DNA of 64,000 nt from Gnetum montanum (Eukaryota > Plantae > Gnetophyta). The stretch lies in assembly GCA_015680685.1 (NCBI GenBank), contig MNCI01003364.1, positions 1 to 64,000 of the forward strand. The letters run 5' to 3'. Position 1 is the stretch's first letter; each line of letters starts with the position of its first letter. The translations under genes and the position numbers were made by a program. The notes beneath the pieces are model-generated. The model was not told where the DNA came from. It saw only the letters and a list, made by a program, of their open reading frames with translations, and did no database searches. Positions 52,501 to 64,000 of the stretch are shown here, piece by piece.

Positions 52501-55410
52501 AGTGTGTTGCTTTTAGAATTAACTATCAATCACTTGGTGCCCTCTTATTTTTGATAGTTGTGTACATGCACTTTTGGATTTTAAATTTATTTGCACACTA
52601 TCTACATGCTTTGATTGATGTGATTTTGATAGAATTTTTGCACATAATTACACCTAGCATCACTATACGTAATGCATGAAACTCTCTTCTTCTTGATCTT
52701 TCCAAATGAATTTTTCTTGAAAATCTTCAAGGAAAGATCTTTGGTGCCAATTCACACATCAGCATTGCTTAACTAAGCCATTCCCATAATGATTGCATAC
52801 TCCCCCTTACAATTGTTAACCTTAATCACCAAGAAATCTATAGGATATAAACACCTGTAGAAAGTGATCATAATGTCCTCCACTAATTCCAAAGGAATAG
52901 TGATGGACTAATTTGCCAATTCTAAACACATGTTGCTCTTCTTAAGAGGAGGTAGATTCCAAGCATTGTACATCCCATGAGAAATTAGATTAACACTAAC
53001 ACCTAAATCAAGAAGAGCCTTGTATAGCTTATTTCTAGCAATCTACAAGTAGATGAAAGGACTTGTAGGATAATTCTTTTTTTTGGAAAGATTGCCAACC
53101 TTAATCCAATTAGATACCACATGGATTATCATGACTATGTGGATCTTGGGAGGCATTTGATTTGAAGGGCTCTTGAAAGGAATGGATCCAAAGAATGAAG
53201 GAGGCACATGGTGATTGGTCACATAAGTTGGTGAGGGTTTTGTAGGACTATTGGTTTGGAAGAATGGTCTTTTATGGGATCTAGTTTCCAAACTACTTGG
53301 CTAAGAAACTAGTTGTAAGTTAATAGCCCTAGTAGCATTACATTGCTACAACTGCTTAGGAATCTTATGCTAAATGGAGTAAGCGGTAATTGGGTTGAGG
53401 ATAGAGGAACATGTGATGAAGGATCAGAAGTGTAATAAAGGTATGGGGATTCCCCTCTAGGAGATGGATAATGAGTTATGTAGTAGTTTGGAGGGTAGTA
53501 ATAATGCTAAAAAGAAGCATGACTAGAAGAGTCACATAGAGACATGGGTTTCTGAACATAGTACCCATATGGATATAGCTGCCTATAAGGGTACTGCTAC
53601 CTTGTTGGTGGCATTCCCCACAATTGTGGATACTACCACTAATGGTACTGCTTGTACGGTTGTGGTGGAACTCTACTTAGATAAAAATCTTGTTGTTGTT
53701 GGTGGAACTTCCTTAGGTTACCTTAAAAATAAAAAAAACTTCTAGATGCTTACCTTCATGCCTTTCTAGGATTCAAAGAATACATCCCAAATTTCTGTAA
53801 GTATGACATAATAGGGTAACATCCCAAGGAATGTTCATATTGGTATATGTCACACCCACCATCATCATCTAATTCTGACTCCATAACCTCTTCTACTATA
53901 GTATATTTTCCTTTACCCCTTTGGTAGGCATGTTTAGCTTCCTTTCTTTTCCTGTAGTCATAATCACTACCTTGCTCTTTGAATTCTTCTACAATTTTCA
54001 AACCAATTTGAAGTTTTCATCTAAAGATTCCCATATTTTACCAAATTTAGCCAAAATTGTAGACACAAATTTTTGAATTAGCAAGGATTTTTGCTACACC
54101 ACTTCATCAAGTGGTGCCTCCTCCTCACTATTACAGAATCAAACCACCCTTTTTTTTGATGAAAGGATCCTAGTTATACTTCTTAGCACTTTCCCATTTT
54201 CTTAACTCAACTGCTTCTTTTGCAACATATTCAATCAACCTTTAAATGTGAAGGGCACTTAGTTTTGATAGTCTCCCTTGGGCATAAAGCCCAAGATTTC
54301 TCCTCGTTTCTGATCAAAGGCCATCTATGATATGGCAAAGCTACTCCTACTAAGAATAACCATGGTTAGGACATCTATGCAAAATGGAATAGTACCTTAT
54401 CATGCCTACATCCAATGGTTCATGTGTTCCTTATCACTAGCCTTGGATTTTCTTCCTCAAATTGGACACTTTGGAGTATGTCTGATATTTGTCATTGAAT
54501 AGTTCAAGCATCATACACTGTTTGTGAATTGATTTCAGCTTCAAGGAGTGATACCATCTTTCTACTTTTTTCATGAGTGTCCTGGGAAATAGCTTAAGTT
54601 TCTACTAGTCATTTTCTATGTTCTGTAAGGCATAGGCATAGTGAAAGGCTTGAATATGGATTAGTGAATCTAAGTTATATCCCCCTTAAATCTAGGGATA
54701 TTGTTCACATCCAAACTCTTGATTTTGCTATCTTTCACATGCTTGGTTGGAATTCTTATGGCCTCTATAATGTTTAACATTCTTCAAGTTGCAAGTAGAG
54801 GGTCATCATCATCATCATTATAATGATGCCTATGATGTTCCCTACTACCCCTTTAGTCCCACTATTTTTCACCTTGTTCATTGTCCCACTATCGTTCAGC
54901 TCCATCACAATTTCATCCTCTACAGTGTTGATCAGAAATAGAAGAGGAAGAAGATGATTCAAATGAAGAGGATGAAGAGGATGAAGAGGAATGAGTACTA
55001 CCATCACCATGGTGTCTACCACTTCCTTTCCACTTGTCACTACCATGATCATCAAGTTTATCATCATAATAATGCTTGCTTGAGCCCTTGCCTTGACTTC
55101 CACTTTTTTCTAAACCTGGATCATTGATAGTGAAGTGTAAGTATGGGTTCAAGCCTCATTCACTAGAGTCAAGGGGTGGAGAATCTTTATAATGAGAACC
55201 CCCAGAGGAAGGATCCTTCTTATCATTTTGGTTTAGTAGGAAGAAGGGGTTAGTGAAATATTTCTCTGTTTTCTTCATGGGGCTTCTCTTGTTGCTGATC
55301 TTGTTTACATTATGTTTATGTGGGATGATAGTCTCGATAGTCATGGCCCTACACAACATATTCATCATGGAGATCCTAGATGCCTTACTCTTAAGAGTTT
55401 GGAGTAGCAT
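49600..55410 (-). pseudogene. pol: Athila gag-pol (gag, PR, RT, RH, INT)
   Basis: ALLDLGVSVNL (~53000); KDHFQLPFLDQ..YSFLDVYSGY..PFGLCNA; VFMDDY; VHTDHSAIRFL..LQEFDL; FDIWGIDFM; YHP. Confidence 0.9.
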
Positions 55411-55732
55411 CCTAGGAACAAATTAGTTGGGAGACAACACAACATTGCCCTACATATCTCTTCATTGCAATTATTCATCTTGATGTAGGATGAAGGTGAA
55501 ATTAGGTACAAACTCATTTGGATGAGTATACATCACTTTGAATTCTTGGAGCACTAATGGTTTTGATTCATCATGCTTATGAGAAGAATACATTTTGGAT
55601 TAAAAAAATTCAATGTGCTTAAATTATCATTATAATTATTATTTTTTGAATGATTGTGACCCTAAGATTTGTTCCAATGATCTTAAATAATATTCATTAA
55701 GTCCTAGCTAGCACACGTATCAAACTATAGGT

Positions 55733-55749
55733 CCTCAGCAATGGCACCA
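55733..55749 (-). promoter_or_regulatory. Athila PBS (tRNA-Asp type, decayed)
   Basis: tggtgccattgctgagg versus canonical TGGCGCCGTTGCCGGGG. Confidence 0.75.
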
Positions 55750-55750
55750 A

Positions 55751-56646
55751 TGATGAGTAGGGAGTAGGCCCTAAGCCCAACCATATGAATCACTAAGCAT
55801 TCACACACAATCTAGTCAAATTCTATGGAATTATAGCCTTCTAAGTACATTAGTCTCTAGAAAGTGAATCTAACTTTTATAATCATTGTCTTCCCAATTA
55901 CACTTATGAAATGAAAAGGTATGATTAAGTGTAACTGAGGCATATGATTTTTATCATTTTTACATTTTATGTTTTAGGTTGCTTAAGATTAAAGAATAAT
56001 GAATACAATAATTTAATTTCTAATTTAATCTAACTAGCTAACATTTAACTAATCCTAACATAAGTGTCTATTTCCACTTGCTGTACACATCTTGAACATG
56101 TGGGTTACCAAATGTTAAGCATTATTGGGATTACCAAGCACCAATCATATGCTTGAAGTGGTCATACTTATGTGCTTAATTAATCACTATATAATATGAA
56201 TTAATTTCGCTTCCTTTATTACTTAATTACTTTAAGCATTAAAGGAGATTGCATAAAACATTAAATGCATAAAGAAAAGAATTAATCTATTTCAAAGTGC
56301 TACAAGATTTATCAGAAAGCTCATCTTTATTGTTGCACACACTACCATGTTCAAGTACAATAATGCTTGAATAAAGATTTGTATACTCTTTGATTCATAC
56401 TACAAGAACTTAGAAAAATATTCTAACTTTCAAGTGAAAAAACTACTAGAAACTTGCTACAACTATGATAAAAGATGCCATAAACATGGTGGGTGAGCGT
56501 GTATGTATATGCAAAAATAGAAACTACATTGATAGGGTCATGTTAATGCATCTAATCATACATCGACATGACCACATCGATGGGGTCATGTTGATTGGAC
56601 CATGTCAATGAGGCCTCATCAATTTAACCCATGGCATAACTCATCA
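55751..56646 (-). repeat. Athila 5' LTR
   Basis: Matches 27135-27320 plus 45029-45736. Confidence 0.9.
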
Positions 56647-56651
56647 ATAAT

Positions 56652-58146
56652 TATACCAATAATTTTGTAGGATTGGTTTTTTCCATTCATTAAGTTCTTA
56701 TCATGTGTAAGTGAATGATTAGTGCTATTGTAATTATTATTTGATATTATCTAAAATATAGAAAGAGAATATGTGGATTGATTTCATTTGATAGACATTT
56801 TGGAAACTTAGGATTTTCATCCATTCTAATACCTTGCCTAAATCTATTTTTCCCCTTTATTGACCCTAAACTCTTATTAATATGTAATTTAGTTTCATAG
56901 ATTTTGTGATTGTTCAATTGAATTGTTCCCTATTACATGTTTTTCTATATTAGTTATGTCTAGCATAATTCTATTTTTTGTGATATTTTCTAGCTTATAT
57001 TTTTGTTAGTTTGATTTTCCACACTAGTTCTTCCTATGGATTGTTCTTCCTCTTCCTCTTTTCTTCTTCTTATATTATTGATTTTTTATTAGTAGTTTTC
57101 TCATTATTTTCCTTAGATTTGGTTTTATCTTAGCTAAATTTCAATGTTCCTAGCTTGTAGTAGATGTTTTTGATCTTCGAAAGATGTATCTCCCACAAGC
57201 CAAGCCAAAGAGAAGGACATCTCTTCCTTACGCTAGATATCTCTTACCTAGTAGAGACATCTTTTCTAATCTAGAGATGTCTCTACCTTGTCAAGATGTC
57301 TCCTATCTACAAAAGACATCCCCTATTTCTTAGAGACATATCCCTAGGGACATCTCTATAAAAAATAAGACATCTCCACCTTTTCATGATTTCCTATATG
57401 TCTCCCTTGCAACCCCAGAACTACAATAAACTTATTTCTTGTGAAGTTTGATTCTTTGATTTTGTTTAGTACTTTCTTTTCTTGACTCCAAAGCTTCTTA
57501 AAACCCTATTAAATCTTCCATATTTTTTGAATTTATTATTTTTTATTTGGCTTCTTAAACATTATTTTAAAATCTTTATTTGTCCTTTTGATCTCTTAGA
57601 TCCTTATTGCATGTAAACTTCCAATATTTGTTTTCATTAATCTTCCCATTAGGTTTTTATGTTTTGGAATACGTTGCTTGAAAGTGGTTAATGCATGATT
57701 TGAATATCAATCCTTATCTGATTATTGGTGATTAAGGATTCTATTTATTTTGTTATTGTGGCCTAATTGGGCTACTTGGAAGAAATGGTTACTTATTTTT
57801 CCTTTTTGGACTAGTTGGTATCATTAGGACATTGTGTTGGTTATATGAGATCTCTTTGGATTTATGGTTCTATTTTTCCATTAATGTTGGAGTTCCTTGA
57901 GATTTTTTTGAGCTTATTAATGATATATCTTTCTTTGGACAAATGTATTTTGTGAGTATTCCTTGAATTATTGTATTTTCCTTGATGAGTTATATTGTCG
58001 TGGTTATGTTATTACCCTCCACTATTAGTTTGGTTTGTCATGTTTTTATATTTGGTTGGATGATTGGATGATGGAGCTAGAACCAAGTTTTTGTGGCTTG
58101 TTAGAGATGGAATCCCTAGAGATTTTTGGTGATTAATCCTCATTGG
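56652..58146 (+). repeat. Tekay 3' LTR, part 2 (truncated)
   Basis: Colinear with ~10756-12183; homology stops at ~58146. Confidence 0.85.
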
Positions 58147-59570
58147 AGAAAGGTGATCCTCCTTTGTTTGATTTTTTAATAGAACACCCTCTTGATGAAT
58201 AGATGGTATGCCTTAATCAAGTATCAATTCACATATCAAAGAATGCTCTAGTCCTTATTTACATACTATATCCACTCCTTGATCTCCTCACTTTCTATTG
58301 TTGATAACTTGCTGTTTTTCTTAATAATGGAACCTTCATTATGAAAGCTAAATAAATACTACAATAAATCCCAATTTCACTATAGAATCATCTTCTTATT
58401 CCAAATTGTAATAGGAATAGTCATTATTGTCTTAAATACCATTTCACCATGGTAATGAAATTTGTAGATGAAATGTTAGATAATTACAATGTAAAAAGAG
58501 ACACAAATGCCAAATACTCATAGACATGTAGGTATTTTCATCCTTGGTCACTCATTAACCACTTGTAACTAGATGGAGTACAATGTATATTCACTTATAA
58601 AAATCTACCCCTCATGTTCTGTAGATTAATATTCATCACCTTAAAGGTATTAATCTTATCTACACATATAAAAGAAAAAGAAAAATATAAATATAAATAT
58701 CAACATAAACATTGGCATCACCAATAACATTACAATTAATGCATAGGCATTTATCCATAACATCATGAAAATATTTGATACATTTTTTGAGGTATCATTC
58801 AAGCTTGAGTAGATCTTACACATCTTAGGTCAATTCTCCTTTGGGCCCAAGTCATCCCTCTCGAAGAACATGAACCAAACTAATCTTTTAGAAAGCAGTG
58901 TACCACTAATGATTCCTAGTTGGATTGACCTTATTCAAAAATTATTCAAAGAATATCAAATGTTAGTTATTAGTAGGGGAGATCACTTGAAGTATCCTCT
59001 CCAACTTCTACAAATAGGAGTCCTATTTATCAAAATCATCAAATTTTCAATCACATGGAAAACATATGGTATTAACAAACACCTCAAGTCATGTGTGATA
59101 AATAATACATAGGAAAAAATCATAACATAACATAAAAACACATGTTATCAACTTACCTAGAAATGTAACTTCCATAGTATTGAATAAGCTCTCAACAAAA
59201 TGTGGATCCAATAATAGTGTGTTATTTGCATTAAATCTATTGTATGGATAGTCTCTCAGCAAATGATCAACCTCTTTATAATAGATCTTCTAGGACTTTT
59301 TATCTATATTAATAATTATGTTAATATCTATGATCTTATAAATCATGAAACCTAGAAATTATGAGCTAACATTAGGGCTAATCTTCTCCAGAGCATGCAA
59401 GACTATTTGTGATAAAAGTAAAGTTCATACCAACACATGGAAATTCTTCATAAAAAGCTCCAAAAACTATGTTGTACCTAGCCTCATCCAAATATGAATA
59501 GGATATAAAGAACTATCATCCACAACCAAAATCACAAATTAGAATGTACATAGGATCAATAACTATTAAT
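58146..59570 (-). pseudogene. second, diverged FCP1-like + PMD-like antisense gene (5' exons)
   Basis: Minus 59502-59157 reads PIHIWMRLGTT*FLELFMKNFHVLV*T...IYYKEVDHLL..RFNANNTLLLDP..SLFN, ending at donor G|GTAAGT. 58377-58146 reads NWDLL*YLFSFHNEG..EIKEWI..YHLFIKRVFY. Confidence 0.75.
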
Positions 59571-62039
59571 CATAGTCTAACATCATTCATACACATCAAA
59601 CATCAAATTGAAGGTTAGTTTCCACATACTAAGAAATAAATATCAAACTAAACTTTAAACCATCAAATGCTCATCAATGTGGTAAGTTAAGTTTTTAATT
59701 TTCATCCAAACCTATAAATCCCAATCTACACAAAATCCAAAGAGACTAAATGAATCAATGAAATATTTTGCTAAATCAAGCCTTAAAGTGCATAGGTCCA
59801 ACATTTAAAATAACATTAAAATCATATCTAATTTAAATGTAGATCCTACTTTAAAAATTATGAAACTTGAATTTTTAGATCCAATTTTAAGTTTTTGCTA
59901 AACATATGATAACTTACTTGTAAGTGATATGATGCATGGTGATGCTAAGGCTAATATCAATGTCATTGCATTGTGTGCCCACGTCACTTGATCTAGCCTG
60001 AATATTGAATTACCAAAGACAAAAAATTGATAATCTGATAGTATCCTAAAGCCTAATTATAAAACTATAGCCTTGAAAAACATGTTAAACATCCATGAAC
60101 TAAATTTCTCTCCATCTTCTAATATCTAAATTCCTTGTAACCAATAAACTAAATTACCCATGTGATGTTCTATAGGTAATACTAATGCCAGTGTCACCTA
60201 GCTAATATTTTCCGCTATACTTAGTTGAATTTTACTATTTCTAGCTTACAAAGGAATCCAACAAATTATTTTTTAAATAAGTTAATATTAAAATTTTAAA
60301 ATTTAAAAGTTAATTAATTAACTAATTAAAAAAATTTTTTAATATAAAAAAATAGCACCTAATTGACATGTACCTTGTTAGTGCATGCATGCATGTTGGT
60401 TTTATTATTAGCATGCCACTATGTCAACCATGCATTGGCTTCACACATTGCATGCATGTCTATGACATGCATCATCATCTTCTCTTATCTTCATATAAAA
60501 CATTAAAATTAATTAAAAATTAAAATAGATGTAGCACTAGCCCCATGGTAGTCATGTGCCTCACAACCACATGTCAATTAGATGTGTTGCTAGCACCCAC
60601 ATGTCTCTTAGGTATTTGCCTCTTACCATCTTGTATAATGTACCTTTCCTTTACCTTCAAAACCCTCCTTTACTCCTTGCCACTATCTTATCTAGCACAT
60701 TATCATCAAAACCTTTGTGTCTGCCACTCATCATCTCTAGTTTGTGTTATGTGCCATAGCATGTATGAAGCCCTCCAAGTCCTTTCAAGTAGTTGAAAAA
60801 CATCTTCCCTATCTTGTTGCACCATAGTAATTGAACTACTATACCCTTCTTCATTGAAATACTTACCAAGTTCCTACTCATGCATCATTGTGAATTTCAC
60901 TACCCTATCCTATGCTATGTAGGCCATTCTATGCTATGTAGATTAGGATTCCATCATTACCTTTCTTTCCTTTGCTTGCTACCTACAGCTTAGTCTCTCA
61001 TTCTTATGAACTGCACAAAAAAAAAAAAAAAAAAAAAAAAAAACTTTTTTCNTGCATATCTAAGATGTTGCATAAGGTAATGCATTCTTTACTTTGACAC
61101 TAGTTCCTATGATTATTCCATAAAATATGTAACATGTTACTATGCCATACATGATGCCTACCATGCAACCTCCTCTCTACCAATAGTAAATTCTTTCATG
61201 TTGCAGGACATCATTCTCCCACATACATTACCAATGGGAATTCCATCTTGCATTTTTATTTCCACTATAATTTGCTAATAAAACCCTTAGATGGCATACA
61301 CGAACTATCATAAATAATTCTTGTATTTTTTATCACCAAGCATGCTAATACCTATCAATGCCACCATTACTACACATCTTAACATCCATGGATTCTACTA
61401 ACCTTGCTGGTATCCTACCCTTGCCTCTTCCAAACCCTCACAATAATGAAAAAAAAATGCAAAAAGTAAAATACATATCTTAGTACTATTGGTAATTTCT
61501 CTAGCTCTACCTTCCTAACCTCCATGGTCTGCTTTCCATGTGCTCTTTGATGGGTTTTACTCTATTCTTCATCTCCCACCATCCTTTATCTATTTTCTTC
61601 ATGCATTATCATGCTCTTATATCCAAAAAGTCCAAGAAAAGATCAATTATGAAAATGAATGAAATTAATTAATTTTCCATTACTTTATCATTTGTACTCT
61701 ACATTATCACATGATGTGATGTGACATGATGCATGATGATGTCGAAGTATTAGTTTCACTGCATCATCAACCCATGTCATCATGTCACCTACTAAAAACT
61801 AAAACAAAACCCCAAAATTGATTTATTTTGAATCTAAACTAATCCAAAACTAGTTCAATACATGGTCACTTAACTTTAATCCTTATTATTGATAATAAAC
61901 TATCAGTAGCAAATACTTTTAATTAGCATATATTAGTTAATCTTTAATTTCAATTAGGTTAACCACTTTAAATTTTCTCAAACTATAAATTTTATTTTTT
62001 TTCTCATGTAATTATGACATCATCTTCATTTATTGCAAG

Positions 62040-64000
62040 TCTTGGATTCTACCACCATTGATCAATTGCAAAAAAAAATCACTTGAGTAGGGTCAATGAT
62101 CATATCAATAGGATACTTAATAAGTATTTAATTAATTTATCTCTACCTAATCTCCTAGAGTCATGGATGTCATCCTTTGACATAACTAAGGAAGACTTGA
62201 CATCTTAATCTAACCTTATCTTTCAAAATCATGAACTAATTTTGACTAATGATCATATTTCTAAATTATCCATAACTAATCAATAAAATAAGAGAAGTAT
62301 CCTACAACTAGAGGTCAACTTGCCTAAAATTCTTAAGAACTTCATCTTAACTAAATTACAAAAAAGAAAAAATTGTATTGCCTCTAGCTAAAGATATGAT
62401 GATATGTCATGCTTGGATCCATCTTTGATTCAACACAACATTATCCTTGAAGAGGATTTCAAACTAGTGAAATAAAAAGCTAGGAAAGTTAAACTTGATC
62501 TAGTCTTAGGCATTAAGAAATAGATCATCAAAATCTACAATGTAGGATTCATATGTCCTATAGACATTTTGAATTGGGTATCCAACATTATAGTTATTTT
62601 TGAGAAAAATGAAGCAATTAGGATATGCATTGATTTTTATGAGTTCAATAAGGTAACATTAAAAGATGATTTCTTGTTTTTCAATATTGATAAACTCATA
62701 GACATAATGGTATGTCATGTCTTGCTTTCTTTCATTGATGTTTTCTTGGGTTATAATGAAATATGATTTAATGTTGAGCATCAATGATTTACAACTTTCA
62801 TGACCCAATGAGGAATATTTTACTACACAAAATTACTTTATGCTCAATAATGTTGGAGCAACATATCAATGAGTCATGATGTTTATATTAAATGATATGA
62901 TGTTCAAAACTATTAATGATTATGTGGATAACTTGACTTTCAAATCTATCATAACACTTGACCATCCTACTAATCTTGATATAGTCTTAGCCTAATGTAA
63001 TTAATACAACCTTTTCTTAAACTTAAAAAAGTGTAATTTTGATGTAAAAATAGATAAGATGCTAGGATTCCTTATTTTAGCCAATAAAATTATGGTGGAT
63101 ACTAATAAGGTCAAACTAGGAATCAAGAGGCATTCAATTTTGGTGATTCTTAACTACTAATATGATAAGTTAATGATGAATGTGCTTTTAAATTTAAACA
63201 TATGCAACCTTATCTTAAGTTAAGTAAAAATCTTATTATCCAATTTAATGAATGTCTACTAACATATATTTATCACCTAAAAAAAATGCTGATAGATGCA
63301 CTAGCTACTTTTTTTCTTCTTGTAGATTCTATTTTCCTTATAGATTATTTATCTTACTAAAAAGTAAGATACATCCATCACTCTCACAGATATATAAGGT
63401 ATTGTCTTAGTCATATTAGAAGAAGATAAATGATACCAAGACATTATACAAGGTCTTCAGATTGGAGAAGCTCATAAAAATTTATCTTCATCTCAAAAGG
63501 ATAGTTTTCGTAAACATTCTAAGCATTTTTGCATTATTGACCCTCGTCGTTTATATCATATTTTAATAATAGATGTTATTCTATGTTTTCTAAGCTGTGA
63601 TGAAGCATAAAATATTTTAGAAAAGGTACATTCTAGTGTATGTGGTGATAACTTAGGATCACCATCTCTAGTAGCTTATATCATTTTTCTAGATTATTAA
63701 TGACATGCAATTTCTAGGGATGCACATATGATAGTTAAGATTTGTAACATATTTCAACATTATTCTTCACTTATCAATCTACCATCTCAAGAGCTTATGA
63801 CTTTAGAAATCATATGGTCCTTCAAAAAATGGAATTTGAATCTCATAGGTCCTATCAATCCAACTTCTTTTACTATACATTAGTTTTGCATCCTATCAAT
63901 CCCCCTTCATTTGCTATACATCAGTTTATTTTAATAGCTATAGAGTATTTCATCAAGTGAGTTAAAGTTATTCACTTAAAATTAGCTACATTCAAGTACA
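62040..64000 (+). pseudogene. pol: second Ogre-like pol (RT, partial aRH, INT start), highly decayed, RH deleted
   Basis: DPSLIQHNIIL..KARKVK; WVSNIIVI..IRICIDF..KDDF; DYVDNL; VDTNKVK fused to LGIKR..FGDS; HSSVCG; WNLNLIGPINP. Confidence 0.85.

Larger units (their letters stand above)
27135..56646 (-). mobile_element. Ty3/gypsy Athila-like LTR retrotransposon
   Basis: TGATGAG...CTCATCA termini. Near-TSD AGAAT/ATAAT. 5' LTR 55751-56646. PBS tggtgccattgctgagg (decayed tRNA-Asp type). PPT at 45737. pol and env-like ORF on minus strand. Confidence 0.9.
9762..58146 (+). mobile_element. Ty3/gypsy chromovirus (Tekay/Del-like), old, hosting nested insertions; 3' LTR truncated
   Basis: 5' LTR 9762-~13233, decayed iMet PBS, gag-PR-RT-RH-INT-chromodomain remnants, PPT at 26161, and a 3' LTR in two pieces. 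Confidence 0.85.

Noticed and set aside
54774-55152. Low-complexity ORFs as separate genes
   Set aside because: They are S/D/H-rich trinucleotide-like repeats at the N-terminus of Athila gag
61016-61052. Poly(A) tail of a retrocopy
   Set aside because: It abuts an N, and no TSD or upstream retro-element was recognised; may be a contig end

Overview
This is AT-rich, heavily C->T-decayed plant heterochromatin, probably from a gymnosperm given the PR-aRH-RT (TatII-type) element. It consists almost entirely of nested, mostly degenerate retrotransposons, and no intact host gene was found. Layout: (1) TatII-type Ty3/gypsy 3' part plus 3' LTR at 1-7200, whose LTR carries an internally deleted HSP70 fragment. 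(2) RTE LINE fragment. (3) Tekay chromovirus at 9762-~58146. It contains a pol-less SIRE-like copia (16638-25035), which itself holds a TatII solo LTR (19596-22202). The Tekay 3' LTR contains an Athila element (27135-56646, minus), whose 3' LTR contains a full-length Ogre-like Tat element (27321-45023, minus). (4) A second, older Ogre-like element (pol at ~62040-64000) that probably hosts the whole nest. The most notable system: the Ogre-like element has a predicted 6.4-kb GT-AG intron between protease and RT. This intron contains an antisense, ~7-exon gene encoding a catalytically dead FCP1/NIF-like (HAD) phosphatase domain fused to a plant-mobile-domain/Transposase_32-like domain and a coiled coil. 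A CAGCGTGAG motif array precedes the gene and is shared with the LTRs. A diverged second copy of the same fusion gene lies antisense and upstream of RT in the second Ogre-like element, so the architecture looks lineage-wide. All domain calls are by-eye motif recognition, not database searches.
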